From assembly GCA_964057225.1 (NCBI GenBank), contig OZ059894.1, forward strand, positions 20,460,001 through 20,524,000: 64,000 bases of DNA. Direction: 5' to 3'. This stretch comes from Auanema rhodensis (lineage: Eukaryota > Animalia > Nematoda). Position 1 is the first letter of the stretch; every line of letters starts with the position of its first letter. The position numbers and the translations under genes are program-made. The notes beneath the pieces were generated by a model. It saw only the letters and a program-made list of their open reading frames with translations, was not told the origin of the DNA and ran no database searches. This document shows positions 26,101 to 40,014 of this stretch, one piece after another.

Positions 26101-29100
26101 TAATACAAAAATTAGTTATGATCGTTTGAAAAATGATGCATTAGTGTATGTTGAGTTTCCATGTACACTCAACATTGCTTCCAAAAACATTTTGACAAAA
26201 ATTTTTTCGAAACATTTCAAAATAATTCAGCAAAAAGTAGATGTTTTTAGATTCCTTTTTTCAAGGCAAAGACGATGGACAATGTTATTCAACGAAAAAA
26301 TTAACTCTTCAGGGTGAAAATCGAGGATATAAGTGTGAACTTATATCAGTTGATATCTCGGTGCATTTTTAAGCTAGCGCAAATCTGATAACACAGATCG
26401 ACGCAGCGTAAAAATCCGCATCGAATGCACTATACTACATTGAGAAACGCTTAATACAAAAATTAGTTATGATCGTTTGAAAAATGATGCATTAGTGTAT
26501 GTTGAGTTTCCATGTACACTCAACATTGCTTCCAAAAACATTTTGACAAAAATTTTTTCGAAACATTTCAAAATAATTCAGCAAAAAGTAGATGTTTTTA
26601 GATTCCTTTTTTCAAGGCAAAGACGATGGACAATGTTATTCAACGAAAAAATTAACTCTTCAGGGTGAAAATCGAGGATATAAGTGTGAACTTATATCAG
26701 TTGATATCTCGGTGCATTTTTAAGCTAGCGCAAATCTGATAACACAGATCGACGCAGCTTAAAAATCCGCATCGAATGCACTATACTACATTGAGAAACG
26801 CTTAATATAAAAATTAGTTATGATCGTTTGAAAAATGATGCATTAGTGTATGTTGAGTTTCCATGTACACTCAACATTGCTTCCAAAAACATTTTGACAA
26901 AAATTTTTTCGAAAAATTTCAAAATAATTTAGCAAAAAGTAGATGTTTTTAGATTCCTTTTTTCAAAGTAAAGACGATGGACAATGTTATTCAACGAAAA
27001 AATTAACTCTTCAGGGTGAAAATCGAGGATATAAGTGTGAACTTATATCAGTTGATATCTCGGTGCATTTTTAAGCTAGCGCAAATCTGATAACACAGAT
27101 CGACGCAGCTTAAAAATCCGCATCGAATGCACTATACTACATTGAGAAACGCTTAATACAAAAATTAGTTATGATCGTTTGAAAAATGATGCATTAGTGT
27201 ATGTTGAGTTTCCATGTACACTCAACATTGCTTCCAAAAACATTTTGACAAAAATTTTTTCGAAACATTTCAAAATAATTCAGCAAAAAGTAGATGTTTT
27301 TAGATTCCTTTTTTCAAGGCAAAGACGATGGACAATGTTATTCAACGAAAAAATTAACTCTTCAGGGTGAAAATCGAGGATATAAGTGTGAACTTATATC
27401 AGTTGATATCTCGGTGCATTTTTAAGCTAGCGCAAATCTGATAACACAGATCGACGCAGCTTAAAAATCCGCATCGAATGCACTATACTACATTGAGAAA
27501 CGCTTAATACAAAAATTAGTTATGATCGTTTGAAAAATGATGCATTAGTGTATGTTGAGTTTCCATGTACACTCAACATTGCTTCCAAAAACATTTTGAC
27601 AAAAATTTTTTCGAAACATTTCAAAATAATTCAGCAAAAAGTAGATGTTTTTAGATTCCTTTTTTCAAGGCAAAGACGATGGACAATGTTATTCAACGAA
27701 AAAATTAACTCTTCAGGGTGAAAATCGAGGATATAAGTGTGAACTTATATCAGTTGATATCTCGGTGCATTTTTAAGCTAGCGCAAATCTGATAACACAG
27801 ATCGACGCAGCTTAAAAATCCGCATCGAATGCACTATACTACATTGAGAAACGCTTAATACAAAAATTAGTTATGATCGTTTGAAAAATGATGCATTAGT
27901 GTATGTTGAGTTTCCATGTACACTCAACATTGCTTCCAAAAACATTTTGACAAAAATTTTTTCGAAACATTTCAAAATAATTCAGCAAAAAGTAGATGTT
28001 TTTAGATTCCTTTTTTCAAGGCAAAGACGATGGACAATGTTATTCAACGAAAAAATTAACTCTTCAGGGTGAAAATCGAGGATATAAGTGTGAACTTATA
28101 TCAGTTGATATCTCGGTGCATTTTTAAGCTAGCGCAAATCTGATAACACAGATCGACGCAGCTTAAAAATCCGCATCGAATGCACTATACTACATTGAGA
28201 AACGCTTAATACAAAAATTAGTTATGATCGTTTGAAAAATGATGCATTAGTGTATGTTGAGTTTCCATGTACACTCAACATTGCTTCCAAAAACATTTTG
28301 ACAAAAATTTTTTCGAAACATTTCAAAATAATTCAGCAAAAAGTAGATGTTTTTAGATTCCTTTTTTCAAGGCAAAGACGATGGACAATGTTATTCAACG
28401 AAAAAATTAACTCTTCAGGGTGAAAATCGAGGATATAAGTGTGAACTTATATCAGTTGATATCTCGGTGCATTTTTAAGCTAGCGCAAATCTGATAACAC
28501 AGATCGACGCAGCTTAAAAATCCGCATCGAATGCACTATACTACATTGAGAAACGCTTAATATAAAAATTAGTTATGATCGTTTGAAAAATGATGCATTA
28601 GTGTATGTTGAGTTTCCATGTACACTCAACATTGCTTCCAAAAACATTTTGACAAAAATTTTTTCGAAACATTTCAAAATAATTCAGCAAAAAGTAGATG
28701 TTTTTAGATTCCTATTTTCAAAGTAAAGACGATGGACAATGTTATTCAACGAAAAAATTAACTCTTCAGGGTGAAAATCGAGGATATAAGTGTGAACTTA
28801 TATCAGTTGATATCTCGGTGCATTTTTAAGCTAGCGCAAATCTGATAACACAGATCGACGCAGCTTAAAAATCCGCATCGAATGCACTATACTACATTGA
28901 GAAACGCTTAATACAAAAATTAGTTATGATCGTTTGAAAAATGATGCATTAGTGTATGTTGAGTTTCCATGTACACTCAACATTGCTTCCAAAAACATTT
29001 TGACAAAAATTTTTTCGAAAAATTTCAAAATAATTTAGCAAAAAGTAGATGTTTTTAGATTCCTTCTTTCAAGGCAAAGACGATGGACAATGTTATTCAA

Positions 29101-32100
29101 CGAAAAAAATAATTCTTCAGGGTGAAAATCGAGGATATAAGTGTGAACTTATATCAGTTGATATCTCGGTGCATTTTTAAGCTAGCGCAAATCTGATAAC
29201 ACAGATCGACGCAGCTTAAAAATCCGCATCGAATGCACTATACTACATTGAGAAACGCTTAATACAAAAATTAGTTATGATCGTTTGAAAAATGATGCAT
29301 TAGTGTATGTTGAGTTTCCATGTACACTCAACATTGCTTCCAAAAACATTTTGACAAAAATTTTTTCGAAAAATTTCAAAATAATTTAGCAAAAAGTAGA
29401 TGTTTTTAGATTCCTATTTTCAAAGTAAAGACGATGGACAATGTTATTCAACGAAAAAATTAACTCTTCAGGGTGAAAATCGAGGATATAAGTGTGAACT
29501 TATATCAGTTGATATCTCGGTGCATTTTTAAGCTAGCGCAAATCTGATAACACAGATCGACGCAGCTTAAAAATCCGCATCGAATGCACTATACTACATT
29601 GAGAAACGCTTAATACAAAAATTAGTTATGATCGTTTGAAAAATGATGCATTAGTGTATGTTGAGTTTCCATGTACACTCAACATTGCTTCCAAAAACAT
29701 TTTGACAAAAATTTTTTCGAAAAATTTCAAAATAATTTAGCAAAAAGTAGATGTTTTTAGATTCCTTCTTTCAAGGCAAAGACGATGGACAATGTTATTC
29801 AACGAAAAAAATAATTCTTCAGGGTGAAAATCGAGGATATAAGTGTGAACTTATATCAGTTGATATCTCGGTGCATTTTTAAGCTAGCGCAAATCTGATA
29901 ACACAGATCGACGCAGCTTAAAAATCCGCATCGAATGCACTATACTACATTGAGAAACGCTTAATACAAAAATTAGTTATGATCGTTTGAAAAATGATGC
30001 ATTAGTGTATGTTGAGTTTCCATGTACACTCAACATTGCTTCCAAAAACATTTTGACAAAAATTTTTTCGAAACATTTCAAAATAATTCAGCAAAAAGTA
30101 GATGTTTTTAGATTCCTTTTTTCAAGGCAAAGACGATGGACAATGTTATTCAACGAAAAAATTAACTCTTCAGGGTGAAAATCGAGGATATAAGTGTGAA
30201 CTTATATCAGTTGATATCTCGGTGCATTTTTAAGCTAGCGCAAATCTGATAACACAGATCGACGCAGCTTAAAAATCCGCATCGAATGCACTATACTACA
30301 TTGAGAAACGCTTAATATAAAAATTAGTTATGATCGTTTGAAAAATGATGCATTAGTGTATGTTGAGTTTCCATGTACACTCAACATTGCTTCCAAAAAC
30401 ATTTTGACAAAAATTTTTTCGAAAAATTTCAAAATAATTTAGCAAAAAGTAGATGTTTTTAGATTCCTATTTTCAAAGTAAAGACGATGGACAATGTTAT
30501 TCAACGAAAAAATTAACTCTTCAGGGTGAAAATCGAGGATATAAGTGTGAACTTATATCAGTTGATATCTCGGTGCATTTTTAAGCTAGCGCAAATCTGA
30601 TAACACAGATCGACGCAGCTTAAAAATCCGCATCGAATGCACTATACTACATTGAGAAACGCTTAATACAAAAATTAGTTATGATCGTTTGAAAAATGAT
30701 GCATTAGTGTATGTTGAGTTTCCATGTACACTCAACATTGCTTCCAAAAACATTTTGACAAAAATTTTTTCGAAACATTTCAAAATAATTCAGCAAAAAG
30801 TAGATGTTTTTAGATTCCTTTTTTCAAGGCAAAGACGATGGACAATGTTATTCAACGAAAAAATTAACTCTTCAGGGTGAAAATCGAGGATATAAGTGTG
30901 AACTTATATCAGTTGATATCTCGGTGCATTTTTAAGCTAGCGCAAATCTGATAACACAGATCGACGCAGCTTAAAAATCCGCATCGAATGCACTATACTA
31001 CATTGAGAAACGCTTAATACAAAAATTAGTTATGATCGTTTGAAAAATGATGCATTAGTGTATGTTGAGTTTCCATGTACACTCAACATTGCTTCCAAAA
31101 ACATTTTGACAAAAATTTTTTCGAAACATTTCAAAATAATTCAGCAAAAAGTAGATGTTTTTAGATTCCTTTTTTCAAGGCAAAGACGATGGACAATGTT
31201 ATTCAACGAAAAAATTAACTCTTCAGGGTGAAAATCGAGGATATAAGTGTGAACTTATATCAGTTGATATCTCGGTGCATTTTTAAGCTAGCGCAAATCT
31301 GATAACACAGATCGACGCAGCTTAAAAATCCGCATCGAATGCACTATACTACATTGAGAAACGCTTAATATAAAAATTAGTTATGATCGTTTGAAAAATG
31401 ATGCATTAGTGTATGTTGAGTTTCCATGTACACTCAACATTGCTTCCAAAAACATTTTGACAAAAATTTTTTCGAAACATTTCAAAATAATTCAGCAAAA
31501 AGTAGATGTTTTTAGATTCCTATTTTCAAAGTAAAGACGATGGACAATGTTATTCAACGAAAAAATTAACTCTTCAGGGTGAAAATCGAGGATATAAGTG
31601 TGAACTTATATCAGTTGATATCTCGGTGCATTTTTAAGCTAGCGCAAATCTGATAACACAGATCGACGCAGCTTAAAAATCCGCATCGAATGCACTATAC
31701 TACATTGAGAAACGCTTAATACAAAAATTAGTTATGATCGTTTGAAAAATGATGCATTAGTGTATGTTGAGTTTCCATGTACACTCAACATTGCTTCCAA
31801 AAACATTTTGACAAAAATTTTTTCGAAAAATTTCAAAATAATTTAGCAAAAAGTAGATGTTTTTAGATTCCTTCTTTCAAGGCAAAGACGATGGACAATG
31901 TTATTCAACGAAAAAAATAATTCTTCAGGGTGAAAATCGAGGATATAAGTGTGAACTTATATCAGTTGATATCTCGGTGCATTTTTAAGCTAGCGCAAAT
32001 CTGATAACACAGATCGACGCAGCTTAAAAATCCGCATCGAATGCACTATACTACATTGAGAAACGCTTAATACAAAAATTAGTTATGATCGTTTGAAAAA

Positions 32101-33345
32101 TGATGCATTAGTGTATGTTGAGTTTCCATGTACACTCAACATTGCTTCCAAAAACATTTTGACAAAAATTTTTTCGAAAAATTTCAAAATAATTTAGCAA
32201 AAAGTAGATGTTTTTAGATTCCTATTTTCAAAGTAAAGACGATGGACAATGTTATTCAACGAAAAAATTAACTCTTCAGGGTGAAAATCGAGGATATAAG
32301 TGTGAACTTATATCAGTTGATATCTCGGTGCATTTTTAAGCTAGCGCAAATCTGATAACACAGATCGACGCAGCTTAAAAATCCGCATCGAATGCACTAT
32401 ACTACATTGAGAAACGCTTAATATAAAAATTAGTTATGATCGTTTGAAAAATGATGCATTAGTGTATGTTGAGTTTCCATGTACACTCAACATTGCTTCC
32501 AAAAACATTTTGACAAAAATTTTTTCGAAACATTTCAAAATAATTCAGCAAAAAGTAGATGTTTTTAGATTCCTATTTTCAAAGTAAAGACGATGGACAA
32601 TGTTATTCAACGAAAAAATTAACTCTTCAGGGTGAAAATCGAGGATATAAGTGTGAACTTATATCAGTTGATATCTCGGTGCATTTTTAAGCTAGCGCAA
32701 ATCTGATAACACAGATCGACGCAGCTTAAAAATCCGCATCGAATGCACTATACTACATTGAGAAACGCTTAATACAAAAATTAGTTATGATCGTTTGAAA
32801 AATGATGCATTAGTGTATGTTGAGTTTCCATGTACACTCAACATTGCTTCCAAAAACATTTTGACAAAAATTTTTTCGAAAAATTTCAAAATAATTTAGC
32901 AAAAAGTAGATGTTTTTAGATTCCTTCTTTCAAGGCAAAGACGATGGACAATGTTATTCAACGAAAAAAATAATTCTTCAGGGTGAAAATCGAGGATATA
33001 AGTGTGAACTTATATCAGTTGATATCTCGGTGCATTTTTAAGCTAGCGCAAATCTGATAACACAGATCGACGCAGCTTAAAAATCCGCATCGAATGCACT
33101 ATACTACATTGAGAAACGCTTAATACAAAAATTAGTTATGATCGTTTGAAAAATGATGCATTAGTGTATGTTGAGTTTCCATGTACACTCAACATTGCTT
33201 CCAAAAACATTTTGACAAAAATTTTTTCGAAAAATTTCAAAATAATTTAGCAAAAAGTAGATGTTTTTAGATTCCTATTTTCAAAGTAAAGACGATGGAC
33301 AATGTTATTCAACGAAAAAATTAACTCTTCAGGGTGAAAATCGAG

Positions 33346-36300
33346 GATATAAGTGTGAACTTATATCAGTTGATATCTCGGTGCATTTTTAAGCTAGCGC
33401 AAATCTGATAACACAGATCGACGCAGCTTAAAAATCCGCATCGAATGCACTATACTACATTGAGAAACGCTTAATACAAAAATTAGTTATGATCGTTTGA
33501 AAAATGATGCATTAGTGTATGTTGAGTTTCCATGTACACTCAACATTGCTTCCAAAAACATTTTGACAAAAATTTTTTCGAAAAATTTCAAAATAATTTA
33601 GCAAAAAGTAGATGTTTTTAGATTCCTTCTTTCAAGGCAAAGACGATGGACAATGTTATTCAACGAAAAAAATAATTCTTCAGGGTGAAAATCGAGGATA
33701 TAAGTGTGAACTTATATCAGTTGATATCTCGGTGCATTTTTAAGCTAGCGCAAATCTGATAACACAGATCGACGCAGCTTAAAAATCCGCATCGAATGCA
33801 CTATACTACATTGAGAAACGCTTAATACAAAAATTAGTTATGATCGTTTGAAAAATGATGCATTAGTGTATGTTGAGTTTCCATGTACACTCAACATTGC
33901 TTCCAAAAACATTTTGACAAAAATTTTTTCGAAAAATTTCAAAATAATTTAGCAAAAAGTAGATGTTTTTAGATTCCTTCTTTCAAGGCAAAGACGATGG
34001 ACAATGTTATTCAACGAAAAAAATAATTCTTCAGGGTGAAAATCGAGGATATAAGTGTGAACTTATATCAGTTGATATCTCGGTGCATTTTTAAGCTAGC
34101 GCAAATCTGATAACACAGATCGACGCAGCTTAAAAATCCGCATCGAATGCACTATACTACATTGAGAAACGCTTAATACAAAAATTAGTTATGATCGTTT
34201 GAAAAATGATGCATTAGTGTATGTTGAGTTTCCATGTACACTCAACATTGCTTCCAAAAACATTTTGACAAAAATTTTTTCGAAACATTTCAAAATAATT
34301 CAGCAAAAAGTAGATGTTTTTAGATTCCTTTTTTCAAGGCAAAGACGATGGACAATGTTATTCAACGAAAAAATTAACTCTTCAGGGTGAAAATCGAGGA
34401 TATAAGTGTGAACTTATATCAGTTGATATCTCGGTGCATTTTTAAGCTAGCGCAAATCTGATAACACAGATCGACGCAGCTTAAAAATCCGCATCGAATG
34501 CACTATACTACATTGAGAAACGCTTAATATAAAAATTAGTTATGATCGTTTGAAAAATGATGCATTAGTGTATGTTGAGTTTCCATGTACACTCAACATT
34601 GCTTCCAAAAACATTTTGACAAAAATTTTTTCGAAAAATTTCAAAATAATTTAGCAAAAAGTAGATGTTTTTAGATTCCTATTTTCAAAGTAAAGACGAT
34701 GGACAATGTTATTCAACGAAAAAATTAACTCTTCAGGGTGAAAATCGAGGATATAAGTGTGAACTTATATCAGTTGATATCTCGGTGCATTTTTAAGCTA
34801 GCGCAAATCTGATAACACAGATCGACGCAGCTTAAAAATCCGCATCGAATGCACTATACTACATTGAGAAACGCTTAATACAAAAATTAGTTATGATCGT
34901 TTGAAAAATGATGCATTAGTGTATGTTGAGTTTCCATGTACACTCAACATTGCTTCCAAAAACATTTTGACAAAAATTTTTTCGAAAAATTTCAAAATAA
35001 TTTAGCAAAAAGTAGATGTTTTTAGATTCCTTCTTTCAAGGCAAAGACGATGGACAATGTTATTCAACGAAAAAATTAATTCTTCAGGGTGAAAATCGAG
35101 GATATAAGTGTGAACTTATATCAGTTGATATCTCGGTGCATTTTTAAGCTAGCGCAAATCTGATAACACAGATCGACGCAGCTTAAAAATCCGCATCGAA
35201 TGCACTATACTACATTGAGAAACGCTTAATACAAAAATTAGTTATGATCGTTTGAAAAATGATGCATTAGTGTATGTTGAGTTTCCATGTACACTCAACA
35301 TTGCTTCCAAAAACATTTTGACAAAAATTTTTTCGAAAAATTTCAAAATAATTTAGCAAAAAGTAGATGTTTTTAGATTCCTTCTTTCAAGGCAAAGACG
35401 ATGGACAATGTTATTCAACGAAAAAAATAATTCTTCAGGGTGAAAATCGAGGATATAAGTGTGAACTTATATCAGTTGATATCTCGGTGCATTTTTAAGC
35501 TAGCGCAAATCTGATAACACAGATCGACGCAGCTTAAAAATCCGCATCGAATGCACTATACTACATTGAGAAACGCTTAATACAAAAATTAGTTATGATC
35601 GTTTGAAAAATGATGCATTAGTGTATGTTGAGTTTCCATGTACACTCAACATTGCTTCCAAAAACATTTTGACAAAAATTTTTTCGAAAAATTTCAAAAT
35701 AATTTAGCAAAAAGTAGATGTTTTTAGATTCCTTCTTTCAAGGCAAAGACGATGGACAATGTTATTCAACGAAAAAAATAATTCTTCAGGGTGAAAATCG
35801 AGGATATAAGTGTGAACTTATATCAGTTGATATCTCGGTGCATTTTTAAGCTAGCGCAAATCTGATAACACAGATCGACGCAGCTTAAAAATCCGCATCG
35901 AATGCACTATACTACATTGAGAAACGCTTAATACAAAAATTAGTTATGATCGTTTGAAAAATGATGCATTAGTGTATGTTGAGTTTCCATGTACACTCAA
36001 CATTGCTTCCAAAAACATTTTGACAAAAATTTTTTCGAAACATTTCAAAATAATTCAGCAAAAAGTAGATGTTTTTAGATTCCTTTTTTCAAGGCAAAGA
36101 CGATGGACAATGTTATTCAACGAAAAAATTAACTCTTCAGGGTGAAAATCGAGGATATAAGTGTGAACTTATATCAGTTGATATCTCGGTGCATTTTTAA
36201 GCTAGCGCAAATCTGATAACACAGATCGACGCAGCTTAAAAATCCGCATCGAATGCACTATACTACATTGAGAAACGCTTAATATAAAAATTAGTTATGA

Positions 36301-37908
36301 TCGTTTGAAAAATGATGCATTAGTGTATGTTGAGTTTCCATGTACACTCAACATTGCTTCCAAAAACATTTTGACAAAAATTTTTTCGAAAAATTTCAAA
36401 ATAATTTAGCAAAAAGTAGATGTTTTTAGATTCCTATTTTCAAAGTAAAGACGATGGACAATGTTATTCAACGAAAAAATTAACTCTTCAGGGTGAAAAT
36501 CGAGGATATAAGTGTGAACTTATATCAGTTGATATCTCGGTGCATTTTTAAGCTAGCGCAAATCTGATAACACAGATCGACGCAGCTTAAAAATCCGCAT
36601 CGAATGCACTATACTACATTGAGAAACGCTTAATACAAAAATTAGTTATGATCGTTTGAAAAATGATGCATTAGTGTATGTTGAGTTTCCATGTACACTC
36701 AACATTGCTTCCAAAAACATTTTGACAAAAATTTTTTCGAAAAATTTCAAAATAATTTAGCAAAAAGTAGATGTTTTTAGATTCCTTCTTTCAAGGCAAA
36801 GACGATGGACAATGTTATTCAACGAAAAAATTAATTCTTCAGGGTGAAAATCGAGGATATAAGTGTGAACTTATATCAGTTGATATCTCGGTGCATTTTT
36901 AAGCTAGCGCAAATCTGATAACACAGATCGACGCAGCTTAAAAATCCGCATCGAATGCACTATACTACATTGAGAAACGCTTAATACAAAAATTAGTTAT
37001 GATCGTTTGAAAAATGATGCATTAGTGTATGTTGAGTTTCCATGTACACTCAACATTGCTTCCAAAAACATTTTGACAAAAATTTTTTCGAAACATTTCA
37101 AAATAATTCAGCAAAAAGTAGATGTTTTTAGATTCCTTTTTTCAAGGCAAAGACGATGGACAATGTTATTCAACGAAAAAATTAACTCTTCAGGGTGAAA
37201 ATCGAGGATATAAGTGTGAACTTATATCAGTTGATATCTCGGTGCATTTTTAAGCTAGCGCAAATCTGATAACACAGATCGACGCAGCTTAAAAATCCGC
37301 ATCGAATGCACTATACTACATTGAGAAACGCTTAATATAAAAATTAGTTATGATCGTTTGAAAAATGATGCATTAGTGTATGTTGAGTTTCCATGTACAC
37401 TCAACATTGCTTCCAAAAACATTTTGACAAAAATTTTTTCGAAAAATTTCAAAATAATTTAGCAAAAAGTAGATGTTTTTAGATTCCTATTTTCAAAGTA
37501 AAGACGATGGACAATGTTATTCAACGAAAAAATTAACTCTTCAGGGTGAAAATCGAGGATATAAGTGTGAACTTATATCAGTTGATATCTCGGTGCATTT
37601 TTAAGCTAGCGCAAATCTGATAACACAGATCGACGCAGCTTAAAAATCCGCATCGAATGCACTATACTACATTGAGAAACGCTTAATACAAAAATTAGTT
37701 ATGATCGTTTGAAAAATGATGCATTAGTGTATGTTGAGTTTCCATGTACACTCAACATTGCTTCCAAAAACATTTTGACAAAAATTTTTTCGAAAAATTT
37801 CAAAATAATTTAGCAAAAAGTAGATGTTTTTAGATTCCTTCTTTCAAGGCAAAGACGATGGACAATGTTATTCAACGAAAAAATTAATTCTTCAGGGTGA
37901 AAATCGAG
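33346..37908. repeat. Nested 5-mer (1755 bp) and 3-mer (1053 bp) duplications
   Basis: M96-100 matches M101-105 (ORF hits 34199 and 35954 are 1755 apart). M103-105 matches M106-108 (35954 and 37007 are 1053 apart). Confidence 0.75.
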
Positions 37909-40014
37909 GATATAAGTGTGAACTTATATCAGTTGATATCTCGGTGCATTTTTAAGCTAGCGCAAATCTGATAACACAGATCGACGCAGCTTAAAAATCC
38001 GCATCGAATGCACTATACTACATTGAGAAACGCTTAATACAAAAATTAGTTATGATCGTTTGAAAAATGATGCATTAGTGTATGTTGAGTTTCCATGTAC
38101 ACTCAACATTGCTTCCAAAAACATTTTGACAAAAATTTTTTCGAAACATTTCAAAATAATTCAGCAAAAAGTAGATGTTTTTAGATTCCTTTTTTCAAGG
38201 CAAAGACGATGGACAATGTTATTCAACGAAAAAATTAACTCTTCAGGGTGAAAATCGAGGATATAAGTGTGAACTTATATCAGTTGATATCTCGGTGCAT
38301 TTTTAAGCTAGCGCAAATCTGATAACACAGATCGACGCAGCTTAAAAATCCGCATCGAATGCACTATACTACATTGAGAAACGCTTAATACAAAAATTAG
38401 TTATGATCGTTTGAAAAATGATGCATTAGTGTATGTTGAGTTTCCATGTACACTCAACATTGCTTCCAAAAACATTTTGACAAAAATTTTTTCGAAACAT
38501 TTCAAAATAATTCAGCAAAAAGTAGATGTTTTTAGATTCCTTTTTTCAAGGCAAAGACGATGGACAATGTTATTCAACGAAAAAATTAACTCTTCAGGGT
38601 GAAAATCGAGGATATAAGTGTGAACTTATATCAGTTGATATCTCGGTGCATTTTTAAGCTAGCGCAAATCTGATAACACAGATCGACGCAGCTTAAAAAT
38701 CCGCATCGAATGCACTATACTACATTGAGAAACGCTTAATATAAAAATTAGTTATGATCGTTTGAAAAATGATGCATTAGTGTATGTTGAGTTTCCATGT
38801 ACACTCAACATTGCTTCCAAAAACATTTTGACAAAAATTTTTTCGAAAAATTTCAAAATAATTTAGCAAAAAGTAGATGTTTTTAGATTCCTTTTTTCAA
38901 GGCAAAGACGATGGACAATGTTATTCAACGAAAAAATTAACTCTTCAGGGTGAAAATCGAGGATATAAGTGTGAACTTATATCAGTTGATATCTCGGTGC
39001 ATTTTTAAGCTAGCGCAAATCTGATAACACAGATCGACGCAGCTTAAAAATCCGCATCGAATGCACTATACTACATTGAGAAACGCTTAATACAAAAATT
39101 AGTTATGATCGTTTGAAAAATGATGCATTAGTGTATGTTGAGTTTCCATGTACACTCAACATTGCTTCCAAAAACATTTTGACAAAAATTTTTTCGAAAC
39201 ATTTCAAAATAATTCAGCAAAAAGTAGATGTTTTTAGATTCCTTTTTTCAAGGCAAAGACGATGGACAATGTTATTCAACGAAAAAATTAACTCTTCAGG
39301 GTGAAAATCGAGGATATAAGTGTGAACTTATATCAGTTGATATCTCGGTGCATTTTTAAGCTAGCGCAAATCTGATAACACAGATCGACGCAGCTTAAAA
39401 ATCCGCATCGAATGCACTATACTACATTGAGAAACGCTTAATATAAAAATTAGTTATGATCGTTTGAAAAATGATGCATTAGTGTATGTTGAGTTTCCAT
39501 GTACACTCAACATTGCTTCCAAAAACATTTTGACAAAAATTTTTTCGAAAAATTTCAAAATAATTTAGCAAAAAGTAGATGTTTTTAGATTCCTATTTTC
39601 AAAGTAAAGACGATGGACAATGTTATTCAACGAAAAAATTAACTCTTCAGGGTGAAAATCGAGGATATAAGTGTGAACTTATATCAGTTGATATCTCGGT
39701 GCATTTTTAAGCTAGCGCAAATCTGATAACACAGATCGACGCAGCTTAAAAATCCGCATCGAATGCACTATACTACATTGAGAAACGCTTAATACAAAAA
39801 TTAGTTATGATCGTTTGAAAAATGATGCATTAGTGTATGTTGAGTTTCCATGTACACTCAACATTGCTTCCAAAAACATTTTGACAAAAATTTTTTCGAA
39901 ACATTTCAAAATAATTCAGCAAAAAGTAGATGTTTTTAGATTCCTATTTTCAAAGTAAAGACGATGGACAATGTTATTCAACGAAAAAATTAACTCTTCA
40001 GGGTGAAAATCGAG

